From an uncultured bacterium (GTDB taxonomy: Bacteria > Schekmanbacteria > GWA2-38-11 > J061): a stretch of DNA of 62,871 nucleotides. The notes below the pieces were generated by a model, which was not told the origin of the DNA, did no database searches, and saw only the letters and a program-made list of their open reading frames with translations. Shown here piece after piece: positions 31,451-41,403 of this stretch. A program made the translations under genes and the position numbers. Position 1 is the first letter of the stretch. Each line of letters begins with the position of its first letter. The stretch spans positions 10,201 to 73,071 of the forward strand of contig CAZJVM010000006.1 in NCBI GenBank assembly GCA_964549305.1, given 5' to 3'.

Positions 31451-31466
31451 TGGCAAGCAATTTGCA
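31451..31466 (+). promoter_or_regulatory. sigma54 promoter of epimerase/radical SAM operon
   Basis: TGGCAA-GCAAT-TTGCA. Confidence 0.8.
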
Positions 31467-31516
31467 TAAGAGTATACAAATTGTACTAAAAAACTGTTTC
31501 TTTAATTAAATATCCT

Positions 31517-32362
31517 ATGAAAATTGCAATAACAGGAGCAACTGGATTTGTAGGTAAAAATCTCGTACCTATCCTTCAGAAAGAGGGGCACGAGATTTTA
31601 AGCTTTAACAGCAAAAACCTCGATATAAGAAATCCCGTCGAGCTTCCCTCCTGCGATATTTTGTATCACCTTGCGGCAAATCCCAAGGTTTACCTTGCCC
31701 GAAAAGAGATGATTGAAGATTTTAAAATTAACTCACTGGGCACGCTCAATGTCCTTGACGCCGCCTTAAAGGCACAAATCCCGAAAATCATATACGCGTC
31801 AACTGTGCTTGTGTACAAAAACCTCTATGGCGCTGAAGAAGACGACCCCCTTGACAGTACAGATGTATCGGGCCCTTACGGAGTAAGCAAACTTGCAGGA
31901 GAATTCTATGTAAAGCAGTACCATTATACCCACGGAATAGATTACGTAATTTTGAGGCCAAGCGGTCTTTACGGGCCACATATGTATAAAAATCCCATAA
32001 TCGATATGATTTCAGGTTTCCTGAAGGACGAGCCAATCAAACTCTTCCACGACATTGAATCGGAGTTCGATTTCATCTACATCGAAGATGTTGCGCGGGC
32101 ATTTGCAATGTCAGCGCAATGGAGGGGAGAAACTCTCAATGTAAGCCACGGCGGAAGCTTCAAACTCAAGGAAGTCTATGAAACCCTCGCAAAAATATTC
32201 ACAAAAAAACTCCCAATCACGCACTCCGGCACAAAGGTAAAGCTCTGTTTTAAAAATGACCGATTAAGAAAGCTTGGATGGAGCGAAAAAAATTCACTTG
32301 AAGACGGACTTAGAAAAACAATCGATTTTTTCAAAAAGGAGGGAATAAATGTCTCAAAATAG
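31517..32362 (+). CDS. NAD-dependent epimerase/dehydratase (extended SDR)
   Basis: ITGATGFVG, HLAA, YGVSK (YxxxK), DFIYIEDVA. Confidence 0.92.
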   Translation: MKIAITGATGFVGKNLVPILQKEGHEILSFNSKNLDIRNPVELPSCDILYHLAANPKVYLARKEMIEDFKINSLGTLNVLDAALKAQIPKIIYASTVLVYKNLYGAEEDDPLDSTDVSGPYGVSKLAGEFYVKQYHYTHGIDYVILRPSGLYGPHMYKNPIIDMISGFLKDEPIKLFHDIESEFDFIYIEDVARAFAMSAQWRGETLNVSHGGSFKLKEVYETLAKIFTKKLPITHSGTKVKLCFKNDRLRKLGWSEKNSLEDGLRKTIDFFKKEGINVSK

Positions 32363-33710
32363 AATCTGCCTCATTAACCCCGATGCTCCGGGTTTGCAGG
32401 ACAAACTCGCATATCCGCCAATAGGACTTTTATATATTGCCTCATCCCTCGAAGAATACGGTTTTCACGTTTCTTACGTTAATTTTTGCGAAGACGCAAA
32501 ACAAGAAATTCCAGATGCCGACATTTACGGCATATCCATTCACAGCATAGGTGTACTCAAAGAGTCTTTCCATATTGCAAAAAGAATAAGAAAAGAAAAG
32601 GGGAAGCGGCCGTTAATAGCAGGCGGAGGCGCCTGCGCAAGCTCGTATTTTCTTCGCATTCTTCAGGATAATCTAATCAACGTGGCAGTAATCGGAGAGG
32701 GCGAGATGACAATGCTCGACATAGCAAGGGGAATTCCCTTTGAAGAGATTAAAGGCATCGCCTACAAAAGGGAGAATAATGAAATATGCATCAATTCTCC
32801 CAGACCCTTCATATCAAATCTCGACATTCTTCCCTTCCCCGCAAGACATCTCGTGCCAATCAACATTCTTAAAAGCAAATCAGGAGTCCACGGAGAAGAA
32901 GGCGTCGATACAACTTCCATAATAACAAGCCGCGGCTGTCCCTATAAATGCGCCTATTGCGACACCAATCACTGGAAAAGGAAATACAGGACGCGTTCTG
33001 CGCAAAATGTTATCGATGAAATAAGGCATATCAAGGAGGCATACGACATTCATCATCTGCGATTTATGGACGACACTTACACGCTTGACTCAAACCGTGT
33101 CAATGAAATAGCAAAAAAACTCATACACCTCAACATCTCTTATATTGCCATCAGCAGGGCGGATCGTATCGATAAACCGACACTTAAAATGCTCAAAAAA
33201 AGCGGATGTGAAGAACTTCTTATAGGCGTTGAAACAGGGTCACCCGAACTCCTCAAAAAAATGAACAAGGGAGAAACAATAGAACACTACAAGACCGCTA
33301 TTAAAAACATAAAGAATGCCGGCATAAAAGCTAAGGTTTTCATACTTTTCGGATTTCCGGGAGAAAACGGCAAAACCGTGGAAGATACAAAGAGATTCCT
33401 GGAGGAGACAAAGCCCGACAAGGTTCATATGTCAACTTTCATACCATTGCCCGGCACCGATGTATGGAATAATCCTGAAAAATACGGTGTAACCATAGAC
33501 AAAAACGACCTCGAAAATTTCTGGTTTTACTGGGAACCCGACGACCTTGAAAAGGGGTTTGTGGCAAAGATACCAAACACCTTTGAGCTCATGAGATTGA
33601 GGTCCGACATTATAACCTATTTAAGAAACGAGGAATGGAAAGATGAAAATATTATCACTCGGATTGGGAAAAACAATAACATCAGCGTCTCTACCTCAAA
33701 GCTGGCCTGA
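32349..33710 (+). CDS. Cobalamin-binding radical SAM enzyme
   Basis: PPIGLLYIAS, IGEGE, TSRGCPYKCAYC, DDTY, GVETGS, GFPGE. Confidence 0.92.
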   Translation: MSQNRICLINPDAPGLQDKLAYPPIGLLYIASSLEEYGFHVSYVNFCEDAKQEIPDADIYGISIHSIGVLKESFHIAKRIRKEKGKRPLIAGGGACASSYFLRILQDNLINVAVIGEGEMTMLDIARGIPFEEIKGIAYKRENNEICINSPRPFISNLDILPFPARHLVPINILKSKSGVHGEEGVDTTSIITSRGCPYKCAYCDTNHWKRKYRTRSAQNVIDEIRHIKEAYDIHHLRFMDDTYTLDSNRVNEIAKKLIHLNISYIAISRADRIDKPTLKMLKKSGCEELLIGVETGSPELLKKMNKGETIEHYKTAIKNIKNAGIKAKVFILFGFPGENGKTVEDTKRFLEETKPDKVHMSTFIPLPGTDVWNNPEKYGVTIDKNDLENFWFYWEPDDLEKGFVAKIPNTFELMRLRSDIITYLRNEEWKDENIITRIGKNNNISVSTSKLA

Positions 33711-36654
33711 TTCCTATATAACAAAAAGCTTTTTCGGCCACGAAGTAATCACATTCGGTTACTCCGAAGGCGTTGATATAAAATGCCGTCCCGAGGACAC
33801 TTTTGAGGAAATACTTTCGAGACTTCCGGAAGGATGGACTCCCGACATATGTATATGCACCCATATCGACTGGGTTTTTATCCCGCCCGGAATCGAAAAT
33901 GCTCCATTCCCTATAATCAACATTACCGCCGACTGGGACTACCGCCTTCCAATCGCGAAAACCTGCGCGGATATTTTCGATATGACAATAGTCCTTGGTG
34001 ACGACTCAAAGAAAGCGGTAGAATCATTAGGCGCGCCCAATGTATATCCTTTCCACTATTTTGGTGTCATGCGCGAACATATTGTCCCAAATATTGATAC
34101 CGGCACCGAAAGAGACATTGACATATCCTTTACGGGAAATATTAATGATATAAGTCACGTGGACAGGTCTAAATGGCTGTTAAGACTTTGCAACCTTTCA
34201 AAGCGATACAATATCTATATCAATTACTATGTTGTAAATATAGACGACTATCAGAATATACTCAGAAATTCTAAACTGGTATTTACTTTTCACAGAAGAG
34301 GTGAGGTACAACTCAGATTTACCGATGCAACGGCACAGGGCGCGCTCGTACTCGATTCCGGAAAGGAAACGGCGAAATATTTTAACTCCGATGAATACGC
34401 AAAGTTTGATGACAATAATTTCGAAGAAGTAATCGAAAAATACCTGAGCGATGAATCCCTTCGAAAAACGACAGTTAAAAAATGTCACGAACACGTTTCC
34501 AGAGAATTTGAAAGCAGAGACAGGTTTAAAAAATTAATAGATTTCATAGAAAGCAAGTTCAATGAAATATCGAATGTAAAAAGAAACTTTGCAAACCTTC
34601 CTGAGGAAACAAAACTTTTAAGAAGAGCGGAAACGTTCTATTACAACTATTATGATGGTTTTATTCCTCGTCACATATCTTATCTTTTTACATCTGCAAA
34701 ACTTATCGAAGAAGCCCTGAATTATAAAAAAACCCCGCAACTTTTGACAAATCTTGCAGTTGTTAAGTCATCAATAGGCTTGAACACCAGCGAATTCTTC
34801 AAAGAAGACCCATATATTAATGAGGCAATAAGTATTCTTGAGGACACTATTAGGGAATATCCCGACTACGCTATGGCATATTTCAACCTCGCTTTTCTGT
34901 ATTTCAGCATCGGGGATAATAAATCCGCAGAATTAAATTTTAGATCTGCAATAGATGTAATGAGAAAAAACCCTAAAAACATAGACCCCTGGTGCCTGTA
35001 TCATTTTGAACATAACAACAGCCTTCAGACCTTCAACAAAATTCTTAATGACTTGCTTATAGCTATATCTTCCGGCAACAATTCAAGAGGGATTTATGGC
35101 GTCAATAATCTTTATATCTCCACCTGCTGGTACTTCTTGGGGAAAATATTCCTTAACGAAGGAAAATGTTATGAAGCTCTTGAATGCTGGAAAACTTCCA
35201 TATCAAAGAATTGTGAACGAGGGAATATTTTAAAGGAAGCGGCAAATCTCGCAGAGCTCCTGGGTGATGGTGAGCTTGCTTTAAAAATGTACAACAAAGC
35301 TATTGGACTTCTTCCTCTGGACATAGATTTTCGATATAATTTCATTAAATTTTTATACCGCTCAGAACTTTATGAGCAGTGTCTGGATGTTTCCAAAGAA
35401 ACTCTTAAAGTATGCACAACTGTCAAAAAATACAGGAACCATATTAACAGCATTAAAAAAATTCTCCTTTTCCTTGAAAGGAAAATAGGGGAAAAATCAT
35501 TTCCCTTCGAGTCTTTAGATGCATTTAATTTCGGGTTTATCTTAAACACAATAGAGTTTCTCACTATCGCGCAAAGCAAAAATCCAAAGGACAAACGCCT
35601 CCTTTTCAGGCATGCCTCTCTCCTCATTGACGCGGAGCGTTGTGATGAAGCAATACGCATTATTGAAAAAATGAAAGATAAAACAACCAATGATGATCAA
35701 AAGGATATTAATGATGCCCTAAAGGAACTTTATCTTTTTGAATTTACCAAATGCAAAAAAGACTTAAAACATTTTAAAGAAAAAATTTCTGCGCTGGCTG
35801 AAAACGGAAACAACGCTACTCAGAAGGTTTCAGCGCCTGCAATATCCGTTCTTGTACGAACTTTCAACAGGCGTCATCTTCTTGGAGAATGCCTTGAAAG
35901 CCTCACAAAGCAGGAGTTTAAAAATTTTGAAGTGGTGCTTGTAAATGACGGCGGCGAGGATGTGAGCGACATTGTCTCCCAGTTTTCGGACAAACTCTCG
36001 ATAACACAGGTCATTCACGGAAAAAACCTCGGAAGAAGCGCCGCGTGGAATAGCGCGGTAAACGCGGCTCGTGGAAAATACCTGAGCTTTCTTGACGATG
36101 ACGACATTTATTACCCCTCTCACCTCAAAGACCTGCGGGAAGCAATAAGAAGAGAAAACGTAAAAGTTGCATACAGTAACTGCTACAGCGTAAGGGAAGT
36201 CCCCGGAAATAACGGAATTTCTAATCAGTTGAAGGAAAAATATAAAACCGAAGACTTTACTCCGGACCTTTTTCTGATGAAAAATTACATCCCCATCATA
36301 ACGCTTATGGCTGAAAAAGAATCTGTGGAAGATGCCGGTCTTTTCGATGAAAACTTCGAGGTGCACGAAGACTGGGATATGCTTGTGCGCCTTGCCATGG
36401 AAAACGATTTTTATCACCTCCATAAGGAAACGTCGGAATACAGAGTGCGCGCGGACAAATCAAACAGTTGTACGGGAGAAAGAGAAAAGTATCTCGACAC
36501 GCTCATAATGCTCTATAAAAAATATGAACATCTTGCAAAAGACAATCCGGAAATTGTCAAAATTCAAAATAACAACATTGAATTATTGAAAATGGAGCTT
36601 GAGAGAGGAAGTGAAATTCAGAGAGATGACTCAGAAAAATACCTCTCTGCATAG
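33643..36654 (+). CDS. CgeB-like GT + TPR + GT2 fusion
   Basis: RDIDISFTG...LRNSKLVF; central TPRs; VLVNDGG, FLDDDD, FDENFEVHEDWD. Confidence 0.82.
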   Translation: MKILSLGLGKTITSASLPQSWPDSYITKSFFGHEVITFGYSEGVDIKCRPEDTFEEILSRLPEGWTPDICICTHIDWVFIPPGIENAPFPIINITADWDYRLPIAKTCADIFDMTIVLGDDSKKAVESLGAPNVYPFHYFGVMREHIVPNIDTGTERDIDISFTGNINDISHVDRSKWLLRLCNLSKRYNIYINYYVVNIDDYQNILRNSKLVFTFHRRGEVQLRFTDATAQGALVLDSGKETAKYFNSDEYAKFDDNNFEEVIEKYLSDESLRKTTVKKCHEHVSREFESRDRFKKLIDFIESKFNEISNVKRNFANLPEETKLLRRAETFYYNYYDGFIPRHISYLFTSAKLIEEALNYKKTPQLLTNLAVVKSSIGLNTSEFFKEDPYINEAISILEDTIREYPDYAMAYFNLAFLYFSIGDNKSAELNFRSAIDVMRKNPKNIDPWCLYHFEHNNSLQTFNKILNDLLIAISSGNNSRGIYGVNNLYISTCWYFLGKIFLNEGKCYEALECWKTSISKNCERGNILKEAANLAELLGDGELALKMYNKAIGLLPLDIDFRYNFIKFLYRSELYEQCLDVSKETLKVCTTVKKYRNHINSIKKILLFLERKIGEKSFPFESLDAFNFGFILNTIEFLTIAQSKNPKDKRLLFRHASLLIDAERCDEAIRIIEKMKDKTTNDDQKDINDALKELYLFEFTKCKKDLKHFKEKISALAENGNNATQKVSAPAISVLVRTFNRRHLLGECLESLTKQEFKNFEVVLVNDGGEDVSDIVSQFSDKLSITQVIHGKNLGRSAAWNSAVNAARGKYLSFLDDDDIYYPSHLKDLREAIRRENVKVAYSNCYSVREVPGNNGISNQLKEKYKTEDFTPDLFLMKNYIPIITLMAEKESVEDAGLFDENFEVHEDWDMLVRLAMENDFYHLHKETSEYRVRADKSNSCTGEREKYLDTLIMLYKKYEHLAKDNPEIVKIQNNNIELLKMELERGSEIQRDDSEKYLSA

Positions 36655-36677
36655 CAATAAACTTTTCGGGAGTTGAA

Positions 36678-38666
36678 ATGATAAAAGTTCATCTTATAAA
36701 TGATGAGAAGAGAAACTGCCACAGGCCGAAACTCGGACTTGGATATCTTTCATCTTATCTAAAAAAATATCTCAAAGATGTAAGAATTTCCATCTCCTTC
36801 AAAGGCGACAATCTTGAAAAAAACATCACCGACTTTTCGCCTCATATCATAGGAATTACTTCAACTACTGAAACTTTCGATGAGATGTCTTCTCTTGCAA
36901 CGGCTATTAAAAGGCGCTTTGACATACCAATAGTTATGGGCGGACATCACATAACCCTTTTTCCCGACAAACTTCCGGAGAGCATAGATGCCGGTGTCCT
37001 TGGAGAAGGAGAGCAGACATTTATCGAGCTAATTGAACACTTTTCAAAAACAGGCAACATAGGAAGCGAATCCATTGACGGATTGGTTTTTCGCAAGAAC
37101 GGAAAACTTATAAAGACAAGTGACAGAACATTAATCGAACCTCTCGACAACATTCCTCCTCCAGACCTGGATTTGCTCGAAATAGACGAAATGGGCCCAG
37201 GACATATACTTACTTCCCGCGGATGCCCCTATAAGTGTGTATTCTGCGCATCTTCATCCTTTTGGAAGTACACGCGATTCTATTCACCGGAAAGGGTTGT
37301 CTCGGAAATCCGAAATGTCGTCAATAAATATAAAAGAAATTTTATTCTAATATATGACGACCTTTTCACCGCGGATATAAACCGGGTTAAAAAAATAAGC
37401 GAACTAATATGCGAAGAAGGGCTAAACAAACAGGTCACTTTCGAATGTCTCGCAAACGTTAACTTTTTTGATTCTGAAGTTGCAGATGCCCTTAGGCGCA
37501 TGAATGTACTGAGAATAAGTTTCGGAATGGAATCGGGGTCTCCGAAGGTTCTCGACTATCTTAAAGGTGGAAAGGTAACGCACGAGAAAATACAAAATGC
37601 CGTAAAACTTGCAATTGACAAGGGTTTTGAGGTGCTTGGGTCTTTTATGATTGGCGTTCCTTTTGAAAATCAGGATGACCTTATGCAAACTTATAATTTC
37701 ATTAAAAAAACACGGCTCACCGAAATCGGAGTGAATGTGGCAACACCTTATCCCGGCACGAAACTTTGGGACGATGCCGTAACTGCCGGCTATATTGAAA
37801 ACGGTGAGTGGAATCAGAACCTTTACGCAATGAAAACAGTTACCCCTCTCACCATAGAAAAAAAGAATATAATTTCACCTGTTGACAAGGATGTGTTTCT
37901 TGCCGTTTACAAGATGATAATCGATTGGGACTCATCTCTCATTGACAGGAGAATGCGCCTGCAAAATCTGCGCCAAAGAGCAGTAAGCCATCTTTCAAAT
38001 ATCGAAGAAGGAACGAAAAAGCTTCTTGATATGAACAGTGAAGACGGCACTCTTGCCGCGGGCATAAGATCGGATGTCAGCAATGTTGAAATCACCGGAC
38101 TAAATCCGGAGCAAGACTATCTTTTTGACGCGAAAAGGAGAATTGACATAGTGCCGGAGGAAAACCATAAGGATTTTCTTTTCTCCTGTCCGGAAAACCA
38201 TTTTGACTGTGTAATTCTCAACGACAGCATCGGAAAGCTCGAAAACCCAAAAAAATATATTCAAGACATATATCCGATTATAAAAGACAATGGAAAAATA
38301 ATTATGACTCTTCCAAACAAACTTCATTTTGCGCAAATGGTAAACCTGCTCTTCAACCTGAAGCGCCCTCCCTTTGAAACCGTTGACGGCACTGTGCAAT
38401 ACGAAACATGGGGGAATCCCGACAAAAATGTATATTCAAGAATAACTCTCGATGAATTGCTTCAAATGTTGAAAGAGGTTAACCTCCATGTGCTTGAAGT
38501 TACCGCAACATACGGAAGAGGTCACAAGATATTCAACTATCTTTCAGCTCTCGTATCCAAAAATGACGGTGATGTCACACAATTCGTAAGACGCTCAAGT
38601 CCTCTCAGATACTTCGTCGTTGCAGGTAAAGATAATGGGGACGTTGAAAACCGTATTGAAGCATAG
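36678..38666 (+). CDS. Cobalamin-binding radical SAM enzyme with C-terminal methyltransferase-like domain
   Basis: LGLGYLSSY, MGGHH, GEGE, TSRGCPYKCVFC, GMESGS; C-terminal FDCVIL...GKIIMTLPN. Confidence 0.9.
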   Translation: MIKVHLINDEKRNCHRPKLGLGYLSSYLKKYLKDVRISISFKGDNLEKNITDFSPHIIGITSTTETFDEMSSLATAIKRRFDIPIVMGGHHITLFPDKLPESIDAGVLGEGEQTFIELIEHFSKTGNIGSESIDGLVFRKNGKLIKTSDRTLIEPLDNIPPPDLDLLEIDEMGPGHILTSRGCPYKCVFCASSSFWKYTRFYSPERVVSEIRNVVNKYKRNFILIYDDLFTADINRVKKISELICEEGLNKQVTFECLANVNFFDSEVADALRRMNVLRISFGMESGSPKVLDYLKGGKVTHEKIQNAVKLAIDKGFEVLGSFMIGVPFENQDDLMQTYNFIKKTRLTEIGVNVATPYPGTKLWDDAVTAGYIENGEWNQNLYAMKTVTPLTIEKKNIISPVDKDVFLAVYKMIIDWDSSLIDRRMRLQNLRQRAVSHLSNIEEGTKKLLDMNSEDGTLAAGIRSDVSNVEITGLNPEQDYLFDAKRRIDIVPEENHKDFLFSCPENHFDCVILNDSIGKLENPKKYIQDIYPIIKDNGKIIMTLPNKLHFAQMVNLLFNLKRPPFETVDGTVQYETWGNPDKNVYSRITLDELLQMLKEVNLHVLEVTATYGRGHKIFNYLSALVSKNDGDVTQFVRRSSPLRYFVVAGKDNGDVENRIEA

Positions 38667-38705
38667 CCATATCTGTTTTCAACAATGAGGCAGAAATGAG
38701 GGAAA

Positions 38706-39662
38706 TTATTCCATTACGAAATCCTTCTCGTTCTGAATAAAACATTTTTCGCAAAGAATACCGCTTATCCTGTTATTGTAATAATCCCTGCGAATTTTCA
38801 TATAGCTTTCGTTATTCCATATATCCTCAAGAGATGAGTTGTTTAAGTTGCCGAGCACTGTGCTTCTTTCCCAATCGACACAGCACAAAAGCACATCGCC
38901 GTTGTAAAGTATGTATGACTGCTCCATAAGGCGCATGCATCTTTTCAGTTTATTCCAGCTTTTTAGGTTGAGGCTGTTTTTCTCCACAGCATTGCTTGTC
39001 CTGTTTTCAAGGGCGTGGACATTTATTTTAAGCTCCCTGCTTTTCCAGAAAGCGCGAATTTTATCAAGCTCACCGTCATTGATGTTGGTATGAACCATAG
39101 TGATTCTTATTCGCGGCTTTTTATACCCGCCCTTTTTTTTCAACTCAACAAACCTTTCAACATTCCCGAGATTTTTCCCAAAGTTCAACCCCTTCATACT
39201 CCTTTCGTATGTCTCTTTGGTTATACCGTGAAAGCTGATGCTTATGCGGTCAAGACCCGAATCGAGCAGTTTTTGCGCCATTTCCTCATCAAGAAAAGTG
39301 GCGTTAGAGTTTATCTTCGAGTAGGTGGGCTCTTTTTTCACCTTTGTAATATACTTAATTTTTTCGCCTATTTCTCTGTCCATTAAGGGCTCATTCATAA
39401 GATAGGGGCTTATTCTTTTTATGCGGTGCTCAGCGCATTCATCGACAATTTTTTTAAAAAGCTCCATATCCATTACGCCCTGGGAAAGTTTGTTGACGGT
39501 CTTGTAATTAGGGCAGAAAGCGCAGTTTGCATTGCATCCCGATTGCGTCTGAACCTGCACCACTCTCGGAAACTCAGGCAGAGGGTCGTATCTATTTACG
39601 AATTTTTTCCATTGCCTCGACAACAGATTTTCTTCATCGGGCAGGTAATATCCTTTTGCCAA
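38706..39662 (-). CDS. Radical SAM protein with C-terminal twitch/SPASM-like domain
   Basis: CNANCAFC, NEPLMD, RCMRL...NGDVLLCCVD...LGNL...CEKC; GGGAG RBS before TTG. Confidence 0.88.
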   Translation of the reverse strand: MAKGYYLPDEENLLSRQWKKFVNRYDPLPEFPRVVQVQTQSGCNANCAFCPNYKTVNKLSQGVMDMELFKKIVDECAEHRIKRISPYLMNEPLMDREIGEKIKYITKVKKEPTYSKINSNATFLDEEMAQKLLDSGLDRISISFHGITKETYERSMKGLNFGKNLGNVERFVELKKKGGYKKPRIRITMVHTNINDGELDKIRAFWKSRELKINVHALENRTSNAVEKNSLNLKSWNKLKRCMRLMEQSYILYNGDVLLCCVDWERSTVLGNLNNSSLEDIWNNESYMKIRRDYYNNRISGILCEKCFIQNEKDFVME

Positions 39663-39841
39663 TTGCTTCTCCCGAATTAATAAAGAGTTATTTCTTCTGA
39701 AGTTCTTAAATAAATCAGTATTTTATACTTGAGAAACGCCCCTTTTTCAAGGATGATATTTTTCAGGACATTCTTGAAACAAGCGTAATTTATTGTTATC
39801 AAGATTTGAAAATCAACTCATTGCCAAAAGATAAAAAAGTT

Positions 39842-41344
39842 ATGGATAAAAAAAACCGCTTCATTCTTCCCGCCATATTATTCCTGATTACATTCTCATC
39901 AACAATAACCGCAGGAATTTCCCTTGGCGCGCCCGTTATAAAATCCCTTAGCGGCAAAAAAGGAACGAGTGGAAAGAAAATAAAAATAATGGGAAAGAAT
40001 TTCGCGGACACTGAAGGCAGGGTAATTGTCATAAGAAAAGGCAAAGAGTATGACGCCGAAATCCTCTCGTGGAGCGAAACTCTCATTAAGGCAAAACTTG
40101 CCTGGGGCGTATATCCTCCGGGACATTGCAAAATATTCGTAGAGGATTACCTGGAGCAAAGAGCGGGCAAAGGCAAAAAATATTTCTATAAAAAAGCAGT
40201 TCCCCATATAGATAATGTCGTTGGACAAAAAGTAAAGACAGATGACTTAATAACCATTTCAGGAAAACTCTTCGGGCCTGACGGAGAAAACGGGAGCCTT
40301 CTCGTAAAAGGCGGCTCTCTCGCAGTTGTCTCGTGGACAAACTCCGTTATAAGCGCAACGGTGAAAAGCGTAGAATCAAAGAAGCTTAAAATAAGAGTCA
40401 AAACCATTTACGACAAAAGCAATCTTAAAAAAGTCAGCGCTCTCAAAGATGGCAGGGATTACAGGGAAAATATGCGTACCTTTGTGGAAGGGATAAGCGC
40501 CTATGCGAAAAGCTCGGATTCTGATTTTTTCATAATTCCCCAGAACGGCCCCGAAATTATGACTGTTGACGGCGAAGAGGACGGATTGCCGGATAACAGC
40601 TATATTTCAGCAATTGACGGCGTGGGGAGGGAAGACCTTTTTTACGGCTATAATAAGGACAACAAGGCAACTCCCAAATCCGAGCGGAAATATCTTACAT
40701 CCTTTATGGATATGGCCGTGAAAAATGGGGTAAAGGTTATGGTTACCGATTACTGCCGCACTCATTCCAAAATGGATAAATCCTATGAAAAAAACAATTC
40801 AAAGGGCTACATTTCCTTTGCGGCAAACCACAGGGAGTTGGACAATATTCCTTCTTATCCCGCGACACCTTACAATATAAATTCATCTGACATATTGGCC
40901 TTGAATGACGCGAAGAATTTTCTTTATCTCATCAACCCGGACCGTTTTTCCACAAAAACGGAATTTCTCGACGCACTCAGAGAAACCAATTACGATATCA
41001 TTCTCATCGACCTCTTTTTCGAAGACACTCCGCTATCACAGTCGGAAATCGCATCGCTTAAAACAAAGGCAAACGGCGCAAAGCGCATCGTAATCTGCTA
41101 TATGAGCATAGGCGAGGCGGAAGATTACCGCTACTACTGGCAGAGTGAATGGAATGACAATCCTCCCGAATGGCTTGCGGGAGAAAATCCCGACTGGAAG
41201 GGAAACTTCAAAGTGCGCTACTGGGATAAAGAATGGCAGGATATTATTTTTGGAAGCGGCAACGCATATCTTGATAAAATCCTTGCCGCGGGGTTTGACG
41301 GAGTATATCTCGATATTATTGACGCTTTTGAATATTTTGAATAA
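39842..41344 (+). CDS. Secreted IPT/TIG + TM1410/GH114-like (endo-alpha-1,4-polygalactosaminidase-like) protein
   Basis: Signal peptide; IPT-like GKNF...ILSWS; IIPQNG, CYMSIGEAEDYRYYW, GFDGVYLD. Confidence 0.8.
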   Translation: MDKKNRFILPAILFLITFSSTITAGISLGAPVIKSLSGKKGTSGKKIKIMGKNFADTEGRVIVIRKGKEYDAEILSWSETLIKAKLAWGVYPPGHCKIFVEDYLEQRAGKGKKYFYKKAVPHIDNVVGQKVKTDDLITISGKLFGPDGENGSLLVKGGSLAVVSWTNSVISATVKSVESKKLKIRVKTIYDKSNLKKVSALKDGRDYRENMRTFVEGISAYAKSSDSDFFIIPQNGPEIMTVDGEEDGLPDNSYISAIDGVGREDLFYGYNKDNKATPKSERKYLTSFMDMAVKNGVKVMVTDYCRTHSKMDKSYEKNNSKGYISFAANHRELDNIPSYPATPYNINSSDILALNDAKNFLYLINPDRFSTKTEFLDALRETNYDIILIDLFFEDTPLSQSEIASLKTKANGAKRIVICYMSIGEAEDYRYYWQSEWNDNPPEWLAGENPDWKGNFKVRYWDKEWQDIIFGSGNAYLDKILAAGFDGVYLDIIDAFEYFE

Positions 41345-41377
41345 AAAAAGCCCTCCGGGAAAACCATCCCGAAGGGC
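41342..41377 (-). terminator. Terminator between convergent genes
   Basis: GCCCTCCGGGA/TCCCGAAGGGC stem with A-tract on + (U-tract on -). Confidence 0.65.
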
Positions 41378-41403
41378 AAATGTCTCAAACTTATTTTAAA
41401 AAT

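Noticed and set aside
31198-31479. 93-aa minus-strand ORF in the intergenic region
   Set aside because: Overlaps a hairpin and the sigma54 promoter; no RBS or recognisable motif.
33643-33710. 68-bp overlap between the B12-rSAM and GT genes as a frameshifted single gene
   Set aside because: Both ORFs look complete and the second has its own ATG with upstream GAGGA; ordinary overlap is the simpler reading.
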